From the NCBI GenBank assembly GCA_947581825.1, contig CANPVP010000009.1, positions 10,366-74,365 of the forward strand: a stretch of DNA of 64,000 bases, read 5' to 3'. Below, one piece after another: positions 1 through 10,076 of the stretch. The notes beneath the pieces were generated by a model, which did not search any database, was not told the DNA's origin, and was given only the letters and a program-made list of their open reading frames with translations. This DNA comes from an uncultured Clostridia bacterium. GTDB lineage: Bacteria; Bacillota; Clostridia; TANB77; CAG-508. Made by a program: the position numbers and the translations under genes. Within the stretch, counting starts at the first letter, position 1; the number at the start of each line of letters is the position of its first letter.

Positions 1-850
1 ACACTGTTTTTGCATGTGTTGTACTTACTGGGATTCCATTAATACTTGCTACAAGTAACGTTAATACTGTTGTTAAGTCAGAAAATAATGCTTCTTCTTT
101 ATTTAACTCTACCATATCACTTCCAACTTTTTCTACTATTTTCTTTCCGCCAAAAGATGCTCCTATATACATTATTATTGCTACAAACAATATTGTCCAT
201 ATATAATTTATTGGATTAATATTTATTGGTACTTGCTGATTTTTTAATATACTTATAAATATTATTAGTATTCCTATAAATTTTTGACCATCTTGTGCAC
301 CATGCATAAATGACATACCACATGCCGATATTATTTGTGCTTTTTCTACATTTTTTTCTGATACTTTTCTTAATATATTCTTTAGCATCTTACTAGTTAA
401 ATAACTAATAATAAAAGTTCCTGCTATTGACCATATAAGTCCTATTATTACATTTTTCCATTCTGTTAAATTGACAGCTTCTATTCCATATATTGCTAAA
501 GCACTTCCTGTTAGCCCTGCAACCAATCCATGAGTTTCACTTGTTGGATTTCCAAAACGCAAAGCTACTAAAGCAAATATTACTACAGTTAATATTGCTG
601 ATGTCAGTCCCATCATTCCAATTATGCCATCATCTAACCTAACCATTGAGCTAATACAATTTGCCACTGATATATTAACAATACTCATAACTACTATTCC
701 AATAAAATTGAAAATTGCACTAAGTTTAGCTGCCTTTTTAAATTCCATAACTTTTGTTCCAACTAGTGTACAAATTGCATTGGGAGCATCTGTTATTGCA
801 TTTGTAAAAATAAGCAATGTTATAGTTATAATAGAAAAAATATACAGCAT
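1..850 (-). CDS. pit: PiT-family inorganic phosphate transporter (C-terminal end runs off the window)
   Basis: Own translation of the minus strand from ATG at 848-850 (RBS GAGGGAGG just upstream): MLYIFSIITITLLIFTNAITDAPNAI...GMSFMHGAQDGQK...INGIPVSTTHAKT, which are PiT/PHO4 signatures. The frame is open to position 1, so it is missing from the ORF track. The + ORF 624-938 is its shadow. Confidence 0.8.
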   Translation of the reverse strand, partial: MLYIFSIITITLLIFTNAITDAPNAICTLVGTKVMEFKKAAKLSAIFNFIGIVVMSIVNISVANCISSMVRLDDGIIGMMGLTSAILTVVIFALVALRFGNPTSETHGLVAGLTGSALAIYGIEAVNLTEWKNVIIGLIWSIAGTFIISYLTSKMLKNILRKVSEKNVEKAQIISACGMSFMHGAQDGQKFIGILIIFISILKNQQVPININPINYIWTILFVAIIMYIGASFGGKKIVEKVGSDMVELNKEEALFSDLTTVLTLLVASINGIPVSTTHAKTV

Positions 851-929
851 TTTTCCTCCCTCAATTAATATATATGTATTTATAATAATAGGAATCTTCT
901 CTTTTGAAAGAAAAAATTCCTACTATCAT

Positions 930-984
930 TTTTATTAAAAGATGATAAGTTCCTAATATCTTTTCACACTAGAACTTATCATTC
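930..984 (-). terminator. Likely intrinsic terminator of argS
   Basis: Minus-strand hairpin ATGATAAGTTC / GAACTTATCAT (11 bp, ~19-nt loop) followed by TTTTAATAAAAA, just downstream of the argS stop. Confidence 0.55.
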
Positions 985-1036
985 TTCTTTTATATATTAT
1001 ACTCTTGATTATTATAATTATTCCTTTACTATATTA

Positions 1037-2746
1037 TTACATTCTTTCTGGCATTTCTATTCCTAATAAATTCATTCCTACTTTTAAAACATTGCCTACT
1101 GCATATGTTAAAAGCAGCCTTGCATCAGTATTTTTTTTATCTTCAGAGATTATTTTATTAGAATCATAGAAACTACTATAACTTTGTGCAAGATCTATTA
1201 AATATCTTGCTAAAATTGATGTTTCATTTTTATTTGCTGTTGATACTACAATATCACTAAATTGATATAACAATTTAAAAACATTTAATGCTTCTTTATT
1301 ATTTAATATAGAAAAATCAACATCTTCTATTTTTGGCATATATCCTGCTTTTTCTAATACACTTTTTGTTCTTACATATATGTATTGAATATATGGACCA
1401 GTTTCTCCGTTAAAATTAAGCATTATATTCCAATCAAACACTACATCCTTTATTATTGTTGTAGATAAATTATTAAATATAACAGCACCAATACCTATCT
1501 TTTTAGCAATTTCCTCTTTGTTTTCCAAACTTGGATTTTTAGCTTCTATTATTTCTCTTACTTTATCTATAGCCTCGTTTAATAAATCTTGTACTTTTAT
1601 AATAGTTCCTTCTCTTGTAGACATTTTCCCTGTTGCTAACCTTACCATTCCATATGGTATATGAATTAAATTATTGGTTTTTTCTTCTCCTATTCCCAAT
1701 AGTTTTGCCACTTCAAAAATTTGTTTAAAGTGTAAATTTTGTTCATATGCTGTTACATATATTGCTTTTGCAAAATCATATGTTCTTGCCCTATATAGAA
1801 TTGCTGCTAAATCTCTCGTAGCATAAATGCTTGCTCCATTTGATTTGCATATTATACAAGGAGGCATTCCTTTATCTTCTAAATCGATTACTTTAGCCCC
1901 TTCTGATTCCACTAATTTTCCTGTTGCTTCTAATTTTTCTATAACTTCTCCCATTTTATCTATATAGAAAGATTCTCCATTCCAAGAATCAAACTTTGTT
2001 CCTAACATATCATATATCTTATTGAATTCTTTTATACTAACTTCTCTAAATTTTACCCAAAGCTCATGGCAATACTCATCACCTTCTTCAAGCTTTTTAA
2101 AGTTTTCTCTACATCTCTCTAAAACATTTTCATCTTCTTTACATAGCTCATTTATTCTTACATATATTTTCATAAGTTCTTCTATTGGATTTGAATCTAT
2201 ATCATATTCGTTTCCCCACAATTTGTATCCCTCAATTAATTTCCCAAATTGTGTACCATAATCTCCTAAGTGATTTATTCCAACTGAATGATAACCTATA
2301 AAATTATATATATTATATAAAGCTTGTCCTATAACTGTAGTACGTAAATGTCCTATATGAAATGGTTTTGCTATGTTTGGTGATGAATAATCTATTACTA
2401 CATTTCTTCCATTTCCTATATTAACTTTTCCATATTCTTCTTTTTTATTATTGATTTCTTTTAAAACTTCTTCTATGAGTAGTTGATTATTTATATAAAA
2501 GTTCAAATATCCTCCTGCTACTTCAACTTTTTCTATATAGTCTTTATTTAGTTCTATTTTTTCTTTTATTTCATTTGCAATTACAGGAGGTGCTTTTCTC
2601 AATTCTTTTGCCAATCTGAAGCATGGGAACGCATAATCTCCCATATTTGAGTCTTTTGGAATTTCGATATAATTTGATAGTTCATCTGGTTCTATATTTA
2701 TAACTTTTGATATACTGTCGGCAATATATTTTTTAAAATTTATCAT
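1037..2746 (-). CDS. argS: Arginine--tRNA ligase
   Basis: 569 aa. Class I HIGH motif (PFHIGHLR), GKMSTREG motif, typical ArgS N-terminus and length. Confidence 0.95.
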   Translation of the reverse strand: MINFKKYIADSISKVINIEPDELSNYIEIPKDSNMGDYAFPCFRLAKELRKAPPVIANEIKEKIELNKDYIEKVEVAGGYLNFYINNQLLIEEVLKEINNKKEEYGKVNIGNGRNVVIDYSSPNIAKPFHIGHLRTTVIGQALYNIYNFIGYHSVGINHLGDYGTQFGKLIEGYKLWGNEYDIDSNPIEELMKIYVRINELCKEDENVLERCRENFKKLEEGDEYCHELWVKFREVSIKEFNKIYDMLGTKFDSWNGESFYIDKMGEVIEKLEATGKLVESEGAKVIDLEDKGMPPCIICKSNGASIYATRDLAAILYRARTYDFAKAIYVTAYEQNLHFKQIFEVAKLLGIGEEKTNNLIHIPYGMVRLATGKMSTREGTIIKVQDLLNEAIDKVREIIEAKNPSLENKEEIAKKIGIGAVIFNNLSTTIIKDVVFDWNIMLNFNGETGPYIQYIYVRTKSVLEKAGYMPKIEDVDFSILNNKEALNVFKLLYQFSDIVVSTANKNETSILARYLIDLAQSYSSFYDSNKIISEDKKNTDARLLLTYAVGNVLKVGMNLLGIEMPERM

Positions 2747-2815
2747 AACTCTCCTCCTTTTTTATAATAGTATTTGTTTGTAAATTATACAACAAAATTG
2801 ATATATGTGCAAGGT

Positions 2816-2854
2816 AAAAGAGAACGGAACTAATATTAGTTCCGTTCTCTTTTC
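2816..2854 (-). terminator. Hairpin terminator downstream of the 2869-3576 gene
   Basis: AAAAGAGAACGGAAC-taatatta-GTTCCGTTCTCTTTT, a perfect GC-containing stem flanked by A/T runs (could act in both directions). Confidence 0.6.
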
Positions 2855-2868
2855 TTTACATTACATTT

Positions 2869-3576
2869 TTAGATGTAAATCTTTGCAAAACTTAATACAA
2901 AACCTACAAGTTCATATAATGCTATTATTAGTATATATTTTTTTATAAATTGCTTATCATCATTTTCATTAAATAATTTTTTAAATCCAAAGTATAGTAA
3001 TACAACTGTTAATGTAGATAATATACTTGCAATTGGACTTGTTAATTTGCTTATATCTAAAGAAATTAGAGTTAAAAGACTAATTACTCTACCTGCAATA
3101 ACTGGTAAATATGCTATTGTTACAACAGATATTACTTCTGGTAATTGTTTTTTATTGTTTTTGTTTAATACATATGCTATTACTGAATATACAATAATTA
3201 TTAATATAGGTGATATAATTGAGAATATAGTTGATTTTTCAAAAATAAAATTTTTAAACAAATATCCCAAATCTTTATCCCACTTACTTATAAATTGTAT
3301 TCCACTTACTAAACTTCTCAATAATACAGTTGCTGCCCAAACAATTATTAAGAATAAAGATGTTTTGAAGAACTTATTTTCTCTATCCTCTGCTACTCTT
3401 TCAACTGTTCCTATTGGATCTTTCCACATATCCATTATAGCACCTTTTGTAGCCATAGTTTCTTCTTTAAAGTTAACATTTTTCATTGTTTCTTTTACTT
3501 GCTTTGCAGTATTAACTGTTTGTTGTTTTAATTCGTCTGCATTAACTGATTTTTTTTCATTGTTATTCTCTTCCAT
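2869..3576 (-). CDS. Integral membrane protein, family uncertain (Yip1-like topology)
   Basis: 235 aa. Hydrophilic N-terminus followed by about 5 hydrophobic spans. RBS AGGAGA upstream of the ATG. The antisense ORF 3047-3643 is a shadow. Confidence 0.6.
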   Translation of the reverse strand: MEENNNEKKSVNADELKQQTVNTAKQVKETMKNVNFKEETMATKGAIMDMWKDPIGTVERVAEDRENKFFKTSLFLIIVWAATVLLRSLVSGIQFISKWDKDLGYLFKNFIFEKSTIFSIISPILIIIVYSVIAYVLNKNNKKQLPEVISVVTIAYLPVIAGRVISLLTLISLDISKLTSPIASILSTLTVVLLYFGFKKLFNENDDKQFIKKYILIIALYELVGFVLSFAKIYI

Positions 3577-3671
3577 TTTTCTTTCTCCTTTTTATTTATT
3601 TTTATATATTATATATATTAATTTTATCTTAGTCAATAATTAATATTTAATTTATATGCTACTATTTTTAT

Positions 3672-4145
3672 TTAATTATTAGTCGCCTTTTCTTCTAAAA
3701 ACATTTTTCTCGTAATAAAATTAAATACCATTACAACAGCTGTTGCAAATATTTTAGCTAACATATAATGTATACCTATTTTTTCTGATAATCCCCAAAC
3801 AATTAAGTCATTTAACATTAATCCTAACACACTAAAAAATATAAATAATATAAAACTTTTTTTCTTATCATTATTTTCACTTACATCAAATACCCATTTT
3901 GTACTTGCTATATAATTATATATTAGTGAAATTATAAAAGATAGTGTGTTTGCTAATACTATATTCAAATTTAAAATACTTTTAAAAATGAACAAAAATA
4001 CAAAATCTATTAGTGTTGCTATAACTCCTACTATAAAAAACTTGACTATTTGTATTAATAACTTTTTATGCTTTTCTTTTAAATTTAATTTTATTTTATT
4101 TAATATTTTATTTATCAAAACTTCTATTTTATCATTATTCTCCAT
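3672..4145 (-). CDS. GtrA-family membrane protein (lipid-linked sugar flippase candidate)
   Basis: Four TM segments and an FFIVGVIATLIDFVFLFIF-type GtrA N-terminal helix. I prefer the internal start MENNDKIE at 4145 (RBS AAGAGG 6 nt upstream) over the ORF-track start at 4175. Confidence 0.75.
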   Translation of the reverse strand: MENNDKIEVLINKILNKIKLNLKEKHKKLLIQIVKFFIVGVIATLIDFVFLFIFKSILNLNIVLANTLSFIISLIYNYIASTKWVFDVSENNDKKKSFILFIFFSVLGLMLNDLIVWGLSEKIGIHYMLAKIFATAVVMVFNFITRKMFLEEKATNN

Positions 4146-4215
4146 AAAAAACCTCTTTAAATTATTAATTAACATTTACTATATTTTTTTATTATTTGCT
4201 TCTTCATTTATTGTT

Positions 4216-6360
4216 TTATACTATTATCTCCTTATTTTTCTTGATGTATGGATAAAATACATAAAATTCCATTACAATTATAAAGATGCTTAAAAATAAA
4301 TATAAAGTTTTAGAAATATATGTTCTTTCTATTTTGTTTTCAACCTTAAATACAATATCTCCATTGTATTTTTCACCATTTACTATTAAATCACCTTCTG
4401 GATATATATTAAATTTAGTTATGTCAGAATAAAGCCTAACTCCAAGTAAACAGTAATCTTCTGAGTTGTTCTCTGCAGATAATTTTATTTTATATTTTGT
4501 TCTTCCTCTTGGTTGAATATATTCAAAATCAAATGTTTTATATTCTCTATTTTTAACAGAATCACTGTAAAACTCCTTCTTTACAAGTTCGTTTCCATTT
4601 TCATCTGTTAAAATAAAATTATATTTATTATTTTTCTTTTTATTATTTTTTGTAAATTTAATTGATACAGAATTAAACTTTTTATCTGCGATAAACTCTT
4701 GTTCTATTTCGTTATTAGCAATATCATTATATGTATTATAAGAATTTAATTGCATCGCTATTTTATCATATTCTATGTTTTTATGTATACAATACTTATC
4801 TGCATTAATTACTAATAAACAAATAGTACTAATTAATATTGTTATACAAACATATCTAATTGCTTTTTTAAAATCAATTATTTTAGTTTTATCTGTATCT
4901 AATTTTATTTGCTTTATTTTCAAAACTTGTTCTAATCTTTCAATTCCAATTGAGAATAATAGAATCATTATAGGCATACATGAAAGACTATACCTTCTAC
5001 CAACTTCCCAAATCATATAAAATAAAAAGAATCCAAAAACTGATATGAAAATAAATTTATAGTTTTTTTCTTTTCTTATTTCATCTAGTATAGCTATTGT
5101 AAACATCACATATAATATAGCTTTGCAAATTTGCAAATAATATATTAAAAATACTTTTCTATTACCCACTATAAATTCATATAAATCGTTCATTTCTTCT
5201 ATATCGTAAAATTTATTATTGAATTCATAATCTCCATTAGACCAATTAACTTCTAATTTCTTTTTTTGCAATTCAAATAATCTGGACAATCCCATATTTT
5301 TTATTCTCAATATTGTCCTTTTTACATTTTTTTCAATCTTCTTTTCATAATTACCTGCATTAAAAGTATAGTTATAATCATCATTATTAAATCTGCCATC
5401 CGTTTTCTCGTTTACTGACATCATTATCCAGTGAGTAGGAGGAAATTCCAAATCTTTATTTCTTACAGTTTCAAAATTTTTGGCAATTATCTTATAACTC
5501 AGCAATCCACATAAAAATCCTAATAGCATAAATATAAAAATTATAATTCTACTTTTGACTTCTTTTTTTTGAAAAAATACTGCCAACATAATACCAATCA
5601 AAACAATTCCAACAATGACTCTTATTTTAAAACCAAAAGCTAGAACCAAACCAGATATAACAGACAAAATAACTCTATTTTTTATGTTACGACTTTCATT
5701 TGCACAAATAAATAAATAAATTGAAATTATTGCAAAAGGCATACATAAAGTATCTGTATAGTAATATGATGCATATAGATAAAATATTGGATTTATAACA
5801 AAAAAAATTAAAGTTAATAAACCGAACTTATCTCCCTTTAATTTTTTTGATGTCATAAATACAAAAAAAGCTGTTATTGCTATAAACATTGAATTAGTTA
5901 TTATCAATAAATTAGGAATTTTAAAAAAGCTCCCTATTTTATTTATATAAAATACCAATAACATTAGCGGTATTTGATTTGCATATTTAGCAAAATATTC
6001 TTTAGTTTCAATATGCCCACCATTTTTTAGCATTAAATCTGCTTCACCTATTATTTGATCTAAATCGAAGTATGGCATTGATTTAAAATGCATACCAAAT
6101 ATCGTCATTGCACCAAAAAACAAAATACAAATTATTATTGCCATTATCATAATTTGATTTTTTGTCAAAGTATTTATTTTTTTATTTATTTTAACAAAAA
6201 ACATAGACATTACAATAATTCCAATAATTATAACAAATGGTTGTAATATTTCCGTTGCATTATATATTTTATAAATAGAACAATATGTTACATATACCAT
6301 CAATACTAATAGGATAATTAGTATTGCTTTATATGATATTTGTTTAATTTTTTCTAACAT
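4216..6360 (-). CDS. GT-C fold glycosyltransferase (PMT_2/ArnT-like, polytopic membrane protein with extracytoplasmic C-terminal domain)
   Basis: More than 10 TM N-terminal region, then a ~200-aa soluble C-terminal domain. Start moved to MLEKIKQ at 6360 (RBS GGAGGGG), which removes the overlap with the upstream LCP gene. Confidence 0.65.
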   Translation of the reverse strand: MLEKIKQISYKAILIILLVLMVYVTYCSIYKIYNATEILQPFVIIIGIIVMSMFFVKINKKINTLTKNQIMIMAIIICILFFGAMTIFGMHFKSMPYFDLDQIIGEADLMLKNGGHIETKEYFAKYANQIPLMLLVFYINKIGSFFKIPNLLIITNSMFIAITAFFVFMTSKKLKGDKFGLLTLIFFVINPIFYLYASYYYTDTLCMPFAIISIYLFICANESRNIKNRVILSVISGLVLAFGFKIRVIVGIVLIGIMLAVFFQKKEVKSRIIIFIFMLLGFLCGLLSYKIIAKNFETVRNKDLEFPPTHWIMMSVNEKTDGRFNNDDYNYTFNAGNYEKKIEKNVKRTILRIKNMGLSRLFELQKKKLEVNWSNGDYEFNNKFYDIEEMNDLYEFIVGNRKVFLIYYLQICKAILYVMFTIAILDEIRKEKNYKFIFISVFGFFLFYMIWEVGRRYSLSCMPIMILLFSIGIERLEQVLKIKQIKLDTDKTKIIDFKKAIRYVCITILISTICLLVINADKYCIHKNIEYDKIAMQLNSYNTYNDIANNEIEQEFIADKKFNSVSIKFTKNNKKKNNKYNFILTDENGNELVKKEFYSDSVKNREYKTFDFEYIQPRGRTKYKIKLSAENNSEDYCLLGVRLYSDITKFNIYPEGDLIVNGEKYNGDIVFKVENKIERTYISKTLYLFLSIFIIVMEFYVFYPYIKKNKEIIV

Positions 6361-6391
6361 TTCCCCTCCGATTATTGTATAATCCAAATTT

Positions 6392-7513
6392 TTAGCGTAT
6401 TTGTGTATCATTTATAATTAAATTACTTATCTCTTTTACTTGTTTTGTTGGTTCATAATCCTCTTGATCAAAAAGTTCTTTGTGCAAATCTTTAACATTT
6501 TTTTCTAAATTAACAGGTACTCCATACCATCTATCTAAAGTTATACCTTTAACTTCGTATGGCCATCCTATACTTGTTGTAATATTACATGAAATAGCTT
6601 TTGGAATTAATTTAGTAATTTCTTTTGAAGATACATTAGTTTCTACATTTTCACATAATGTATCTGCCATTTCGTTTAATTTCATTACATTCGTTTTTTT
6701 AGCTTTGTTTAATGTTTCTTTAAGCACAGTTCTCATTCTTTCGGTTCTTTTATAATCTCCTCCAGTTGTTTTTCTTATTCTTGCATATGTTACCGCTTGT
6801 ACACCATCTAAATGTTGTAAACCAGATGAAGTAATATTCGTAGATTTCATTCCTATATTTTTTGAAGTATCTTTTATATATTTGTTCATTTGAGAAATTT
6901 CGTAATCTTCTATATTTATGTCTATTCCACCTAAAGAATTTACTATATTTGCTACACTTGCAAAGTTAACTGTTGCATACTCTTTAATATTTAAATCTAA
7001 GTTTTCATTTAACACTTTTATAGCTAATTCTGGACCTCCATATGCATACGCATGAGTTATTTTATCTAAACCATGTTCGTCATCTATTTTTACATATGTG
7101 TCTCTATAAACAGAAACTAGTTTTACTTCTGATGTTTTTTTGTTAATACTTACTATTATTATTGCGTCACTTCTAGAACCTTTATTATTAGTAATATCTC
7201 TAGTATCTACTCCAAATAATACTATGTTTCTAAAATTATCTAATTCGCTATCTACTTCATTACTAATTCCTAAATTAGCAATATTAAGTTCTTTATAATT
7301 AATTCTATCAAATTTATCTCTTACTAACGCAATTACTATTCCCATTGAAATTACTAGAAGTATTATAAAAATAATCAATATATTCCTAATAAATCTAAGA
7401 AGTTTCATGAAAGGGCTTCTCTTTTTCTTCTTTCTCTTTGCTTTCTTATTTTTGGAAACAGTTCTTTCATTTTTAATATTATAATTTTGATTTTTCATTT
7501 GTGTATTTTCCAT
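6392..7513 (-). CDS. LytR-CpsA-Psr (LCP) family cell-wall polymer ligase
   Basis: 373 aa. Basic N-terminus plus a single TM. LCP core motifs (FGVDTR..., GSRSDAIIIVSINKKT, ITHAYAYGG). Confidence 0.85.
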   Translation of the reverse strand: MENTQMKNQNYNIKNERTVSKNKKAKRKKKKRSPFMKLLRFIRNILIIFIILLVISMGIVIALVRDKFDRINYKELNIANLGISNEVDSELDNFRNIVLFGVDTRDITNNKGSRSDAIIIVSINKKTSEVKLVSVYRDTYVKIDDEHGLDKITHAYAYGGPELAIKVLNENLDLNIKEYATVNFASVANIVNSLGGIDINIEDYEISQMNKYIKDTSKNIGMKSTNITSSGLQHLDGVQAVTYARIRKTTGGDYKRTERMRTVLKETLNKAKKTNVMKLNEMADTLCENVETNVSSKEITKLIPKAISCNITTSIGWPYEVKGITLDRWYGVPVNLEKNVKDLHKELFDQEDYEPTKQVKEISNLIINDTQIR

Positions 7514-7536
7514 ATATACCCTCTTTATTCAAAAAT

Positions 7537-8265
7537 TTATAAAGTATTATTATAATATTCTATTGCCTCATCAATACTAGCATCTAGTTCAACTTTTCCT
7601 TTTTTCATTACTATTCCTCTAGTACAGAATTCTTTTGCTACCCCTGTAGCATGAGTTACAAACAATAGTGTCACTTCTTCTTTGCTAACAATTTCGTTAA
7701 CTTTAGCCGTACATTTTCTTTTAAAAGCTTCGTCTCCGACACTTAAAGCCTCATCTATTATAAGTATTTCAGGTTTTATATTTACATTTATTGCAAATCC
7801 TAGCCTTGCCTTCATACCACTAGAATATGTACGTACTGGTTGATCTATATATTCTTCTAATTCTGCAAAATCTATAATACTTTGTTCTAATTCTTTAATT
7901 TCTGAATCTTTTAGTCCTAATATTTGTCCTTTTAGATATATATTATCTCTTCCTGAAAATTCAGGGTCGAATCCAGATGTTAATTCCAAAAGAGCACTTA
8001 CCCTTCCTTTAACATATATCTCTCCTTTATTTGGAAATGAAACACTTGTTATCATTTTTAGTATTGTCGATTTTCCTGCACCATTTTTTCCAAATAAAGC
8101 TACTGTTTCTCCTTTTTTTATTGTAAAACTAACATTGTCAACAGCTTTTTTTTCTTGATATTTAATTTTTTTAAAAATTGCCCCTAAAACCCTTTGCTTA
8201 TCATTTTTATATAATTTATATGTTTTAGTTACATTTTTAAATTGAATAACAATATCTTCCTTCAT
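7537..8265 (-). CDS. tagH: Teichoic-acid/polysaccharide export ABC ATP-binding protein (short TagH type)
   Basis: 242 aa. Walker A GKNGAGKST, signature YSSGM, Walker B ILIIDEALS. Paired with an ABC-2 permease two genes upstream. Confidence 0.85.
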   Translation of the reverse strand: MKEDIVIQFKNVTKTYKLYKNDKQRVLGAIFKKIKYQEKKAVDNVSFTIKKGETVALFGKNGAGKSTILKMITSVSFPNKGEIYVKGRVSALLELTSGFDPEFSGRDNIYLKGQILGLKDSEIKELEQSIIDFAELEEYIDQPVRTYSSGMKARLGFAINVNIKPEILIIDEALSVGDEAFKRKCTAKVNEIVSKEEVTLLFVTHATGVAKEFCTRGIVMKKGKVELDASIDEAIEYYNNTL

Positions 8266-8280
8266 AAATTCTCCCCATTT

Positions 8281-9216
8281 TTATTCTATGTTTATCTTTT
8301 TTTCAATTATATATTGTGGTCTTGATTTTCCTTCTTCATATATTCTTGCAACATATTCTGCCATTATCCAAATTGATAATAGTTGTATACCAGAGAAAAA
8401 TGTTACTGTGACCATTATTGATGTCCAACCAGCTGTCAAGTTATTTAAGTTAAAAATAAATGATACAAGTGAATATATTAAAATAACAAAAGATATCACG
8501 ATAGATGTTAATCCTAATACTCCAACTAGTTTTAATGGTTTACTCGAAAAACTGATTATTCCATCAGATGCTAATTTTAACATTTTCTTTAATGGGTATT
8601 TTGTTTTGCCAGCATATCTTTCTTGCCTTTCATATTCAAAAGGTATTTGTTTAAACCCAATCCAACTGAATAAACCTCTTAAAAATTTATTGTGTTCTGG
8701 CATTTCATTTAAAACTTCTACAACTTGTCTATCTACTAATCTAAAATCCCCAGTATCTTTTGGAATCTCAATATCTGACAATCCATTTAATACTTTATAA
8801 AACATTTTTGCCGTTAATAATTTAAAAACAGATTCTCCTTTTCTTTTTTTACGCTTTGCATATACAACTTTATTGCCTTCTTCCCATAATTTAATCATAT
8901 CTTTTATTAATTCTGGAGGGTCTTGCATATCTGCATCAATAATAACAATTGCATCACCTGTTACATATTTAAGTCCAGCTGTAACTGCTGCTTGATGTCC
9001 AAAGTTTCTTGAAAACGATAATACTTTTACATCTTTGTCTTTTCCACTTATTTCTTCTAAAATTTCAAGAGTTTTATCTTTGCTTCCATCATTAACAAAA
9101 ATTATTTCTGATTCATAGTTTTCTATGCTATCTAAAACCTCTTTTACTCTTTTATAACATTCATTTGCTACTTCTTCTTCAAAATACATTGGTATTACTA
9201 CAGATATTTTTTTCAT
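8281..9216 (-). CDS. Family-2 glycosyltransferase with C-terminal TM pair (GtrB/CsbB-like polyprenyl-phosphate sugar synthase)
   Basis: 311 aa. SVVIPMY...VNDGSKDKT...DADMQDPPE (GT2 DXD) plus two C-terminal TM helices. Confidence 0.8.
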   Translation of the reverse strand: MKKISVVIPMYFEEEVANECYKRVKEVLDSIENYESEIIFVNDGSKDKTLEILEEISGKDKDVKVLSFSRNFGHQAAVTAGLKYVTGDAIVIIDADMQDPPELIKDMIKLWEEGNKVVYAKRKKRKGESVFKLLTAKMFYKVLNGLSDIEIPKDTGDFRLVDRQVVEVLNEMPEHNKFLRGLFSWIGFKQIPFEYERQERYAGKTKYPLKKMLKLASDGIISFSSKPLKLVGVLGLTSIVISFVILIYSLVSFIFNLNNLTAGWTSIMVTVTFFSGIQLLSIWIMAEYVARIYEEGKSRPQYIIEKKINIE

Positions 9217-9256
9217 TTCTTTACTCCTTTTTTATTTTCTGTGCTATTTTTATACC

Positions 9257-10063
9257 TTATAACACATCTGGTATTTCTTTTCTGAACTTTTTATAACTCC
9301 AAATTGCTAATATCCACATAATTATTGTTGCAATTGCAAAATACATAAATCTTTTTGGTTGTTCCCAGAACCAGATTCCTTCAATAAAACAACTTCTAAA
9401 TCCATTTACTATATAAGTTACAGGGTTTAGCCTTAATAACTTCTTAAGCCATAAAATCTGAATTCCTTCTGAATTCCATAATATTCCTGATAGCCATAAT
9501 ACAGCAGGAATAAACGACTTAACTAGATTTGCAAAGTCTTTACTAATTGCTGCAATATTAGCAGCAAATAAAGCCCAACCTGTAAAAAGTATAAAAGAAA
9601 AAAGAATAAATATTGGTATCTGCAAATAATATATTGTTGGTTTGAAACCAAAAGCCATAAAAATTATTATTGCAATAACTAATAATATCGTATTTATTAT
9701 CATCTTTGAGAGACTTACAAAAGTCGATATAGTTGATACTGGAAATTTCATTTTTGTAATTAAATAACTATATTTTCTAAAACATTCTGTTCCTTGTGAT
9801 AACATATCACTTATGTAAAACCATGGTATTATTCCTGCTATTAACCATAAAAAGAATGGAAAACCATTTACTGGCTTTGAAGCTCTAATTCCAATTTCAA
9901 AGGCAAACCAATATACAAATATTGTTACTGTTGGTTTTATTATTGCCCAAGACCAACCTAAAGCTGCTCCTCTATATGTTTTTGCTATATCTGCCTTTGC
10001 TAGTTTTATTATTTGCCTTCTATATTCAATATGAGCTTTAATTATTTCTATTAGAGTTTTCAT
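9257..10063 (-). CDS. tagG: ABC-2 type polymer export permease (TagG-like)
   Basis: 268 aa, six hydrophobic spans. Sits in the same locus as tagH. Confidence 0.8.
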   Translation of the reverse strand: MKTLIEIIKAHIEYRRQIIKLAKADIAKTYRGAALGWSWAIIKPTVTIFVYWFAFEIGIRASKPVNGFPFFLWLIAGIIPWFYISDMLSQGTECFRKYSYLITKMKFPVSTISTFVSLSKMIINTILLVIAIIIFMAFGFKPTIYYLQIPIFILFSFILFTGWALFAANIAAISKDFANLVKSFIPAVLWLSGILWNSEGIQILWLKKLLRLNPVTYIVNGFRSCFIEGIWFWEQPKRFMYFAIATIIMWILAIWSYKKFRKEIPDVL

Positions 10064-10076
10064 ATATATTCTCCTC

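Noticed and set aside
889-925. Hairpin AGGAAT...ATTCCT between the argS terminator and the pit start, as a possible regulatory element
   Set aside because: It is a short, AT-rich stem with a large poorly paired interior. No recognisable motif supports it, so it cannot be distinguished from chance in this composition.
624-938. Plus-strand ORF of 104 aa from the ORF track
   Set aside because: It lies antisense to a continuous minus-strand frame with clear PiT transporter motifs and a strong RBS at 850. This is a shadow ORF in AT-rich DNA.
2747-2868. Possible T-box leader upstream of argS
   Set aside because: The gap is only ~120 nt and is mostly occupied by the terminator hairpin of the upstream gene. 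No T-box core (GGTGGTACCGCG-like) is present.
3047-3643. Plus-strand ORF of 198 aa
   Set aside because: It is antisense to the 2869-3576 membrane-protein gene, which has an AGGAGA RBS and fits the operon direction. It has no RBS and a low-complexity hydrophobic translation.
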